Virus record (IMG/VR): IMGVR_UViG_3300027763_000036
Span: 32,001-96,000 of that record
DNA length: 64,000 bases
Source of the DNA: a virus
Direction: 5' to 3' (one strand)
The translations under genes were made by a program, and so were the position numbers. Positions 30,301 to 39,400 of this stretch are shown piece by piece (positions within the stretch are counted from its first letter, which is position 1; each line of letters begins with the position of its first letter). A model generated the notes under the pieces. The model made no database searches and was not told the origin of the DNA. It saw nothing but the letters and a program-made list of their open reading frames with translations.

Positions 30301-30946
30301 TACTGAGATGGCATATGGTGGATTTATTCCAGATTATATGGCTTATGGTGGAGACTTGCCTACTGCTGATAATGGAATTAATTTTTCTACCGTGTCTTAT
30401 GAGGGTAATCCAGTTATAGGTGTTGAAGAAAGTCCAACATGGGGAGCAATGCAATATTTCAATCAAAATCAGAATATTAAAAATCCTGATGCTGATAAGT
30501 TTAAAAATTATACCATAGAACCAGAAGGTGAAGATTTAACAGATTGTACATATGAACAAAAACTAGATCCAACAAGTAAGTGTTATGAACCTCAAACTGC
30601 TCAGTTAAAAATTAAAGAGGAAAAGGGCAAAATGGATCCTACTAAACTTTCTAGAGGTGTGTTAGATTTTGGAGCTAATCTTGCAGATGCTCAAGATTAT
30701 ATGACTGAAAGAAGAACTAAGTATATTCCTGGAATGACAGAGTTTGCAATGGGTGAAAAACAAGATGCAGAAGAAAGAATAAATAAAGGTGAGTGGAATG
30801 CAAGAACTGGTAAAGAAGGTATACAAGGTTTTGAAGGTGTAATAAGAAAGGGTGGTTCTATTAAAAGTAAAAAATCAAAAGCTAGTGGTCATAAAATAAA
30901 CATAAGTGACTTTCAAGATTTAATGAGATTGGCTGGTTTAAAATAA
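27356..30946 (+). CDS. Low-complexity virion cargo protein (putatively ejected)
   Basis: 1196 aa; Q/G/M-rich; many xxGG motifs; duplicated KKD.WGR....KWYG.D...KK.T unit at 28658-28867. Confidence 0.65.
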   Translation: MKRKVRIYKDPFGQGGYINKTAQWLRKAQEGAETGMTPVTAGIMQQMQPAQQQMMQQQQPQQDPQEQILQVVVALAQQGKGEDEIKDYLLTNVYGFEEGSQEYAAYEPQILDFVSAVFERSAPEEEEQAVTNEPIEDIVADTSVEDTSEEDGNYDQMINDIIYDDEDQEARYGGVPNKRSYVNKLIRQLKKAQKGDQVEEANTANVRGTEDNPTSDAPGNKNPFISGVKGQAENHFYKQQAEQMYNNQFGQGMPQAGMSQPQDDMDYAQRGGWRMRRANRKMFGTPNLPMGVTSSKYSFGPLGGVRSAEMQFNPLMMASMFPMMTFPGMGGSSSWGYNEPYRKTTKGRLVTEKIASTVNNKSIEDVANDTDSDAANKSAEPKKDTAIPNADGTVTVDTSGEGASSTTPGTTPNTGGGTGPVPIDGARQAMELRNKKDKWGRSRADKWYGFDPATKKWTLTAAPDWYKEPSKKSRWSNVTMKKDSWGRNEDSKWYGYDSKKKKYTEGPNKGKTTTQVKNKLEDQKNKELIKKFPKLKEQIEYDSWYKNASGTDRVLGLLGFGPSDPSFRGGFTDDDALSYVTPMGIKGATEAFKLTPAAERILRGERLNIGSGMAASFRDPKAQQAANAIYKNFYKSVRSAPKGLPEPPPGTQLKFNFAAGGFVNNPMQDQFGNLQKFIYGDQVDDQMLENLYQPPINQSDLDYSDSEDPSDPYFKKHGGLHRFDGTTNSQTNPTNAPKTYTQEELDKMLAEKQKSWETDYQKKYNQQMQGQQQMMQGFGGYGAAGYNPYDSYSAWSSRGNYGGFGPMASTGLLGAAGNLIKGFGRGPSTYGPAGNPLQYAATAAQITKSGMLPTGMKYSKEKAEGFLGKLGLKNDKVWTLDYATPEQIKAGAIPGAQGTAPGTNQNTSNMSGRDRRINRRDERLNRNTPAEADAYQFTGTLTGSPVTYAKEPLSNEEMLKSQGKMWDEKQQKWVTGSAPTKNTEMAYGGFIPDYMAYGGDLPTADNGINFSTVSYEGNPVIGVEESPTWGAMQYFNQNQNIKNPDADKFKNYTIEPEGEDLTDCTYEQKLDPTSKCYEPQTAQLKIKEEKGKMDPTKLSRGVLDFGANLADAQDYMTERRTKYIPGMTEFAMGEKQDAEERINKGEWNARTGKEGIQGFEGVIRKGGSIKSKKSKASGHKINISDFQDLMRLAGLK

Positions 30947-30952
30947 AGAAAG

Positions 30953-33265
30953 ATGAACAAAAGACTAACAAGACTTCCTAAAGCAAGAACTGGATACCAA
31001 GTAAGAGGTTCATTAGCAAATGATGTACCTGCTTTTGGTGGAGCAGATTATAATGCTTACATGGGTATAGCAAGTCCACAGGTAAGAAAAACTATGGGAG
31101 CTGTGCCTAGAGAAGAAGCAAATTTAGAAGCTGAAGGTGGAGAAACATTAGTAGGAGATCTTGATGGCTCTACATTCCCATCTTTCTTTCATATAAAAGG
31201 ACCAAGACACTCTGCTGGTGGAGTTCCTATGAACTTACCAGATGACACATTTATCTTCAGTGATACAGCATCTATGAAGATAACTGATCCTAAGATCTTA
31301 AAGATGTTTAATAAGTCACCTAAGAAAGGTGGTTATACTCCAGCAGAACTATCTAAAGGTTATGACATAAATAAATATAGAAAAACTTTGCAAGATCCTG
31401 AAGCCAATAAGATGGAAAAGAAGACTGCAGAGATGATGATTAAAAACTATGTTATGAAGCTTGGTGCATTAGCTATTGCACAAGAATCTAAAAAAGGTTT
31501 TCCTCAAGGTATCCCTGTTATAGCTAAACCTTATATGGAGGCTAATAAAATTACAGAAGCTGATTTAATGCCTGAAGTTGCTAAACAACAAGAAGAGCAA
31601 CAACAGATGATGGCTCAACAACAAGGTGCACCACAAGAACAGATGGGAGAAGCACCTGAGCAAATGCCATCTGGAGAACCAGTAGCACAACCTTCTATGG
31701 AGGAAGATATGCAAATGCCACCACAGATGTCACCTGAGCAAATGCAACAAGCACCAATGGCTATGTATGGTATGGAGATGGGAGGCTATGATATGCCATT
31801 TGCTGCATATGGTATGGCTATGGGAGCTAATTCTAGTAACTATATGGGAAGGACTAAAAACATTGTTGGTAGTGGTCCATTCTTAAATCGTGAGATGGCT
31901 AAAGAAGGACTTATTGTTGGTGGTATGTTAGGTATGCCGGTAATAATGAGTGGTGGAGGTTACATAGATAAGTATCCAGGTGGTGGACAAAAGAAAACTA
32001 AGGAACAATTGCAAAAAGAAATTGATGCAAAAAAATATAAGGACAACACTAAAAAGGTTAAGGAATTTGAAAAAGATGTTGATGTTTTTGAAGTAGATGG
32101 TAAAAAGATTGGAGCAAGAGGTACATCAGATGAACAAAATAAAAATTTAACATATAACAAAAGAAAAAATCCTTATGTGTATGATAAAGGTAAAGAAGAA
32201 GCCTATATAAAAAGCCTTTGTGAAAGAATGAAAAATGGAGACTTAAAAGGTTATACTGTTGATGATCTTGTAAAAAAGAATTTAATTGTTGCAGCTGCAG
32301 GTTCAAAATTAGCAGGATGTGAAACTAAATCTGAAAGTGATGTAACAGAATTCTTTGAATTAGAAGATACTCCAGAAACTCCAGGTGAAGTAGAAAAATG
32401 TTATTGTACAGATCCAGAAACTGGTAAAGAAGTTGAAGTAGCTCTTACTAATGGTAAGTGTGAATGTGAAGAAGAAGTAAGTGGTGGCGGAGGTTATGGA
32501 GCTCAAGCTCAACCTTGGCAAATACCAATGCAATGGACTCCGCAAGATGAAAGAAATCTAGCAACAGCTATGAGAACTAGAACTGGTATTGAATATCCTA
32601 CAGCTATGACATATCAGTATCCTGAAGTAGAACTAGCTAAAGAAGAATGGTTATCTAAAGTACAAGGTCTTCAGGGACAGGCTGCTAAGAATTTAGATGT
32701 GTTATCTGGAACAGCAGGGTCATCTAATGCTAAACAAGCTACAGCAGCTTCATTACAAGGAGATGTTGCAGAAGGTATTGTAAATGCTATTGCTAGTACT
32801 CAAGCAAGAAATGTTGGTACAGAGAATCAAGAAAGATTGACAAACTATCAAGGTGATGTAGCTGAAGGATTAAATAGACAAGGTATACTTAACCAGTATA
32901 TGGATAAAGTAGGTGCAGTTGAAAATAATTATAGGGGAGAGTTAAATGCTAAAGATGCCTTAACTGCTCAAATGATTAATCAAGGAGATACTAATGCAGC
33001 TAATATATACAATCTACAAACTGAACAATACGGTATAGATCCAAGAACTGGTAAACAAATATTTAAGACTGGTAAACCAATAGAACCAGAACAACAAGGA
33101 CAAGATATGATTGCATATGCTAAAGAACTAGAGGCTTCACATTTACCAGAGGATGTTCAAGAATTAATTCTAAAACAAAGATTCTCTAGGTATGGAGGCC
33201 CTGTCTTACAAATGGGTGGAATGGTATATGGAGACATGGTTTATCCTTTCTATTACTATGAATAA
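30953..33265 (+). CDS. crAss-like cargo protein
   Basis: E.EGGE...GP.H..GGV...FIFSD domain seen in crAss-like cargo proteins; Q/M-rich linker; xxGG motifs. Confidence 0.6.
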   Translation: MNKRLTRLPKARTGYQVRGSLANDVPAFGGADYNAYMGIASPQVRKTMGAVPREEANLEAEGGETLVGDLDGSTFPSFFHIKGPRHSAGGVPMNLPDDTFIFSDTASMKITDPKILKMFNKSPKKGGYTPAELSKGYDINKYRKTLQDPEANKMEKKTAEMMIKNYVMKLGALAIAQESKKGFPQGIPVIAKPYMEANKITEADLMPEVAKQQEEQQQMMAQQQGAPQEQMGEAPEQMPSGEPVAQPSMEEDMQMPPQMSPEQMQQAPMAMYGMEMGGYDMPFAAYGMAMGANSSNYMGRTKNIVGSGPFLNREMAKEGLIVGGMLGMPVIMSGGGYIDKYPGGGQKKTKEQLQKEIDAKKYKDNTKKVKEFEKDVDVFEVDGKKIGARGTSDEQNKNLTYNKRKNPYVYDKGKEEAYIKSLCERMKNGDLKGYTVDDLVKKNLIVAAAGSKLAGCETKSESDVTEFFELEDTPETPGEVEKCYCTDPETGKEVEVALTNGKCECEEEVSGGGGYGAQAQPWQIPMQWTPQDERNLATAMRTRTGIEYPTAMTYQYPEVELAKEEWLSKVQGLQGQAAKNLDVLSGTAGSSNAKQATAASLQGDVAEGIVNAIASTQARNVGTENQERLTNYQGDVAEGLNRQGILNQYMDKVGAVENNYRGELNAKDALTAQMINQGDTNAANIYNLQTEQYGIDPRTGKQIFKTGKPIEPEQQGQDMIAYAKELEASHLPEDVQELILKQRFSRYGGPVLQMGGMVYGDMVYPFYYYE

Positions 33266-33315
33266 ACTTTTAAGGTTTATTAAACTTAGAAAATTTTAAT
33301 ATATTTATACTATAG
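33261..33315 (+). promoter_or_regulatory. Composite element copy 2: TAAACTT-N3-AGGTTTA-N20-TATATTTATACTATAG
   Basis: Same architecture and spacing as 27293-27346. Confidence 0.6.
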
Positions 33316-33326
33316 AATAGAACATT

Positions 33327-36300
33327 ATGGCAACTTATACGGCAGCCACATTTATACCGCAATTACAACCTTATCAGCCTGATCTGAATTTGTATGCTAA
33401 TTTAATACAGAATAAACAGACTCAGTATGATTCAAATTGGAAGTCATTAAATAAAATATATGGTCAGTATTTTTATGCAGATCTTACAAGAGAAGATAAT
33501 GCAAAAAAGAAAGACTATCTATTAGATCAAATTAATTTTAATGTAGGAAGACTTGCGGGCCTTGATCTTTCTTTACAACAAAATGTAGCTCAAGCTACTC
33601 AAGTATTTAAACCTTTCTATGAAGACAAGGCTTTAATGAAAGATATGGCTTGGACAAAAAACTATAACTCACAAATTGGGACAGCTCAAGCATTACAAGG
33701 TTCAGCAGATGAAAAAAGAAGAGCTGAGTTTTGGGATACAGGTATGAGACAGCTTCAATACAAAAGAGATGAGTTTAAAGAAGCTACTGCAGATAAAGCT
33801 ATGGGTATGGAGAATGTATTATATACTCCATATGTAAATGTTGAAGGAAAAGCTTTTGATCTTGCAAAACAATATGGTGATATTAAAACTGTAAAGTGGT
33901 CAGAAGATGGTAGATACATGATTACTAAAACAAATGGTGAACCATTGGAAGAACCTTTACAACATTTATTTGAAGCTAACCTAGGAAATGATCCACAAGT
34001 TCAAGCTATCTATCAAACACAAGCATATGTAAATAGAAAAGATTATGCTTACTCTAATGCTGCTCAGTTTAATGGAGATAAGAATGCTGCAGAGATGAAG
34101 TATCTTGAGAATAACTTTAATATACTTAAAGGACAATCAGAAAAAAGATATAAGAATATAGAAGCTGCTGCAAATGTATATGACAGTAAGATAAAAGATT
34201 TAGAAGCTCAAATTAAAAATGGTACAGCTGGACCAAATGCTAAAAATATGCTTGCCGCATATACTGAAGGAAGAGACATTAATAATTCAGTATTAGAAAG
34301 AGCTAAGAAAGATTATGACTCTATGAGTAGTGGAGAATCTAAAACTGCTACAACAAGTACTGGATTTAAAAATCCTTATGGAGATATAGAGTCTTTAAGA
34401 TATAAAGTTGATAATGGTATGGCATCATTATTAATGCAAAAAGATTTGGATGAGGCAGCTCATTCATTAGCACTTAGAAACTCTAGTGAAGAATATAAAG
34501 CAGATCCATACGCTGTTATGGAACAGAGGCAAAGATATGCTTTACAGTTAGCAGAATATAAAAGTAAACTTGAAAGAAAAAATGATTTAGATGCAGCTAA
34601 GATAGAAGCAGGTACTCACTATGAAGATGACCAAGGAAATGTTGTTCCTGTGGAAAGTCAAAATATAGTTACAACAGAACAGAATGATAAAGGTAATGTA
34701 ACTGATGTTGTAAACTTTAAAGAGAAAAGTAGAGAAATATCAAATTTGACTAAGCAAGAATATCTTGATCCTTTCTTTAATTCTAGTTTTGCTATTATTG
34801 GTAAAGCTTTATCAACCGGAAAAATGTCTCAGAAAACTGCGGCATATATTCTTGGATATAGCAAAGACAAAAAAATTACTGCACAAGAGTTTATTAATAA
34901 GTACACTAAATATGGTGACTCTTGGTTAAGAAAATATGTTGGACAAGATGGAATTAAAAGTATCCATAATAGAATGGATACTTGGGTTTCTAAAAATAGA
35001 GAGTTAAGTTTATTTAATCAAGATGGTCAGAAGACTCAAGATTATATAAACTATGTTAACGGTAGTGTAAAAGCTAATGACTATATGTTATATCTTGAAT
35101 CTGATCAAAAGTTTAGAAAAGATTCTGCAAAAGGCATTGAAAAATCTTTAATGAAAGATGGCTATCAATATGCTTATTTATTGTATGATGATAAAGGAAA
35201 CTTGAGAAGTGAAAAAGAGTTTTTAAATCAACTAAAAAGTAAAAATATTGTATCTAGTAATACATTGGATATATATAAACAAAAGATTTTAACAGATACA
35301 AAATATAGAAAAGAACTAGAAAAATTAGCTAAAGAAAAAGGTGACAAAGGATTTTTAAGTTTTCTGTCACAATTAACTCCTGTAACAGGTCTAGCTAATC
35401 AAATCTATAATTATGCATCTGGTTCAAAAGGAAGTTTTGCTGCAAATAATGCATATTATGCTAAACAAATTGGAAACTTTTTAAAAAACGTAGGTCCTGG
35501 AAACTGGCTTGATAATTTTATTGAAGGAAAAATTCTAGAAGATGTTGATTATAAAACTTTAGTAAATGCTGCTGGTAAAAGATATAGTAATTCAAATATT
35601 GTAAAAGCTAATCCTGCTAGACTTTCGTTAGGTCCTATAGATAAAGGTACGGGATTATTTACAGTAGGTTCTTCTGCAATTACAGTTAATCCAAAAGGAA
35701 TGTCAGCAGGTAAAGCACACTTTGGTGAAGCAATTAATGCTCTAAGTAATTTTGATTGGGGTGGTGCAGATGTGTTTACATTTGGGAATCTTACTAAAGA
35801 TAATTATGATAAAGCTAAAGGTATGCAATCCTCAAGAGCTGCACAAGGACAAAAGCTTCTTTCAGACTTAATGTTAGACTTTGAAAAGGCTCAACAAAAA
35901 GGCGGTAAAACAAAACTATCACAATTTAAATTAAAAGTTTCACCTATTGCTGGTGGATCAAGTAAGTTATCAAGTATTACTATTGTTCCAAATAAAGAAT
36001 GGTTGGATCAATATTTATCAACTAATAAAGAAACACCTAATAATTTACTTACAGCTACTGAATATAAAAGTGCATTAACAAATGGTTTGACTTTTATAAT
36101 GAATAGCAGTAAATTAAATAATGTTACAATGTATAAACAATCATATACATCTCCAATGGCATCTTATGTTGAGTCTTTTGGTAAGTATGAACTTAATAAT
36201 ATTGGCGGTGATCCAATGAAAAGATATGTTGTAACTCCAAATACATATGGTACTGGAGATTATATTACAACTGTATATTATCCTAAATACAATCCAAATA

Positions 36301-36449
36301 CTGGAGAAATTGAACAAGCAAAAGAAGTAGTTAATACAGGTATACAAGGAGGATTACTAGAAAGCAATAGAGATCAAATGATAAACTTTCTTAATCAAAA
36401 TGATGACCATATTAACTACTTACATAACAACTATTATCAAGGAGAATAA
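33327..36449 (+). CDS. Large virion cargo protein preceding the RNAP-associated giant genes
   Basis: 1040 aa, helical, no Cys seen; synteny with crAss-like cargo genes. Confidence 0.6.
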   Translation: MATYTAATFIPQLQPYQPDLNLYANLIQNKQTQYDSNWKSLNKIYGQYFYADLTREDNAKKKDYLLDQINFNVGRLAGLDLSLQQNVAQATQVFKPFYEDKALMKDMAWTKNYNSQIGTAQALQGSADEKRRAEFWDTGMRQLQYKRDEFKEATADKAMGMENVLYTPYVNVEGKAFDLAKQYGDIKTVKWSEDGRYMITKTNGEPLEEPLQHLFEANLGNDPQVQAIYQTQAYVNRKDYAYSNAAQFNGDKNAAEMKYLENNFNILKGQSEKRYKNIEAAANVYDSKIKDLEAQIKNGTAGPNAKNMLAAYTEGRDINNSVLERAKKDYDSMSSGESKTATTSTGFKNPYGDIESLRYKVDNGMASLLMQKDLDEAAHSLALRNSSEEYKADPYAVMEQRQRYALQLAEYKSKLERKNDLDAAKIEAGTHYEDDQGNVVPVESQNIVTTEQNDKGNVTDVVNFKEKSREISNLTKQEYLDPFFNSSFAIIGKALSTGKMSQKTAAYILGYSKDKKITAQEFINKYTKYGDSWLRKYVGQDGIKSIHNRMDTWVSKNRELSLFNQDGQKTQDYINYVNGSVKANDYMLYLESDQKFRKDSAKGIEKSLMKDGYQYAYLLYDDKGNLRSEKEFLNQLKSKNIVSSNTLDIYKQKILTDTKYRKELEKLAKEKGDKGFLSFLSQLTPVTGLANQIYNYASGSKGSFAANNAYYAKQIGNFLKNVGPGNWLDNFIEGKILEDVDYKTLVNAAGKRYSNSNIVKANPARLSLGPIDKGTGLFTVGSSAITVNPKGMSAGKAHFGEAINALSNFDWGGADVFTFGNLTKDNYDKAKGMQSSRAAQGQKLLSDLMLDFEKAQQKGGKTKLSQFKLKVSPIAGGSSKLSSITIVPNKEWLDQYLSTNKETPNNLLTATEYKSALTNGLTFIMNSSKLNNVTMYKQSYTSPMASYVESFGKYELNNIGGDPMKRYVVTPNTYGTGDYITTVYYPKYNPNTGEIEQAKEVVNTGIQGGLLESNRDQMINFLNQNDDHINYLHNNYYQGE

Positions 36450-36451
36450 AT

Positions 36452-39400
36452 ATGGCAGAGCAAGAATTATTTGATCCTCTAGATCCACTAGGACCAGAGT
36501 ATGGAAGAATAAATCAACCTATACCAGATGCAAAAGGTTTATCTGCATTTGAAGGAGATTTAATTGATATGCCAAAAGCTAACATTCCCACAAGGAATGA
36601 ATCTTTTTTTCCATCTATTGCAAATATTGAAAATTTAAATAGACCTAACAGAGAGATTAAACATAATCTTGTTAAGACTAATGCTGTTAACCCTAGTATC
36701 CCAAAGAAGCCTATTGATATAAATCAATATAATAAGTCTACTAGTCAGTATATTCAATCTTTTTTTCAAGCTAATCAGGATAAAAATAACTATGCTAAAA
36801 TCTATTCATATAATGCTGGACCAGATGGTAATGCATTCTATAAAAGATATGCTGCATATGGACAAAAGAAATTTGATGAAGTTGGTTTCTCTCCACTAAG
36901 AGATAATGAAGCAAACTTTAATGCCAATACAACAAAATGGGAAAACTTCTCTACAATGATGGCGCATTCTTTTATTCCATTATTTACAAGAGGTTTTGTT
37001 TCTGGTCCTAAGAGTTTAGGTAAAATGCTAACAGGAGATTTTACCTCTGGAGATTTAGAAGATGCAAGAGCTTATGAAGAAGCAGCTGCTATAGGTAACT
37101 CAAGTAAAGGTGGCATTTTTGGTTTTGTTAATAATACTGTAATGAACTTTGGTTATACTGCAGGTATTATTGGTGAAGCTGTAGCAGAAGAAGCTGCAGG
37201 AGCATTATTAGCTGCACCAACAGGTGGTAGTAGTTTAATTGCAACTACTGCAAATAACTTATTAAAAATTCCAAAACTGTTTAAAGGATTAAATTCAGCA
37301 AAGAAAGGTTATGATGCTGTAAGAAAAACATTGAAACTTACTGAATCCGTAAGTGGTGCAAGAAATTTCTGGAATGCTGCAAGATCATCTGAGTTTTTAA
37401 AGTCAAGTGTTCAAGCATTAAATCCTTTGGAAAATACAATGCATGCATTTAGAGGTTTTAAACAAGCTGATAATTTAACTGACATGGCTATCTTATCAAA
37501 AACTGCTGGTGGATTCTACAGAGATGTTAGAAAAATAAACATGGCACTATCTGAGGCTAGACTAGAAGCTGGTATGGTGGAGAATCATGTTTATGATAAG
37601 CTTTATAATGAAGCATACATAGCAAATAATAATGAAGTACCTAATAATAAAGAGCTTGCTGAAATTGAGAAACAAGCTAAGGATGCTTCTTATGAAACTT
37701 TACTAGAGAATACAGCATTAATATATGTAAGTAATGGTATTACATTTCACAATATTACTGGACCTAAAGGTGGTATAAGAAACTTTATTAAATCTACTAC
37801 AGATGACATATATGATATTGCATCAAGAGAGGGTAGTAAGAACTTTGGTAAAATAGGTAAAGTTGTTTATGATAGAGCGGCAAAGAAGTTTGCTATTGAA
37901 AAAAACAATTTAAAAACTTTAGCTAAAGGTTGGTTAAAAAATCCAGTATATAAATCTGTTGGAAACACCGTAGGTTACTTTAAGGCTAACTTTACAGAAG
38001 GTATTCAAGAAAACTTACAGGAAACAATTGCGGAAGCTAATGAAAGATATTTTCTTGATAGCTATAAAAGCCCTACTCTTCAGACCATGCTTTACTCTAG
38101 AGCAGCAATGCGTGCTATCAATAGAGATAAGTTAGATTATTTCAGTGAGTCATGGGCAGAACAAAATCCTTTTACAGCAAAAGGTGCTGAAACATTTGCT
38201 TCTGGTTTTTTTATGGGGACTCTTGCGGGACCGTTAAACAGTGCAGTTCCTTTTCTTAGTTCTAACTGGAATAGAATGTTCCATAAAGAACAATATCAAA
38301 AATGGAAAGAGGCTCAAACAACTGTTGCTCAAAATTTAGTTAGCCAACTGAATGATATGGATCTTGGAACTTTTATGTCAGAGGAAATGCAAAATCTTGG
38401 AGCTCAAGATTTAGTAGGTGCTTTAAGAGCAAGAGAAAATAAAAAAGCAGGATTAGATAGTGAAGTAGAATCTTATATATCACAAGTTCAGAAATTAAAA
38501 AATACAGGTACCTTTGGTATATTTAAAGAAAAACTTGAAGGATTAAAAGAACTTACTGATGAAGAGTTTGCTGATGCTGTAAATATTGATTTAGAAAAAG
38601 TTCCTAAATATAGAACCCGTATTGATAAATCTATAGCTAGATTAGATAAGATAAAAGGCCTATATGAAAGAGTGGAAAAAAAATTTCCTAATCCTATTAG
38701 TAACATAGATGATTTAGATAAAAATGATCCTAACTATGAAGAAAAAAAACTTTTAGGGAATGCTTGGAATTTAGCTACAAGAAATATGGTTTTCTTCAAT
38801 GAGACCTATGATGATATACTTGAAAGAAGAGCAAAGATAGATGCAAAGTTTAATTCTAACCCTAAGTTTCAAAAGATAGATAATAAACAAAGAAATCTTT
38901 TATTCAACCCTCTTGTGCCAGAAGGACAGTTTAGTAAAGACTCTGGAGACATGGTTGAGGAAATTGACATATTAAAAAAAGAATTAGCACTAGAAAAAGA
39001 GTTAGGTAAAAATTCTAATAAGATAAAAGGTCTTGAAGAAAAAATAAAAATTACTACTGACTATGTAGAGAAGTTTAAGAATTTTGATTTATTCTTTAAT
39101 AGAAGCGGATACATAGAAAAGTATGCTGAGGATATTAAAAAAGCAACTGGTAAAGATGCTACTTCAGAAGAGATAATGGAATATATGGATTCTGATCTTG
39201 GAGGAAGTTTAGATGAAAACAATCCAACTGGGCAAAGAATTATTTCTGAGCTAAGAGACTCTTACAAAAACTATCTTAAAACTTTAGGTAAACAAAAAGG
39301 TGAGGATATATTCAGTGAAGATCTAGATCTTACATTTGAAGCATTAATGGATTACTATAAACTTGGTCATGAGAAAGTAAACATTGCAAAATATGTAGAG

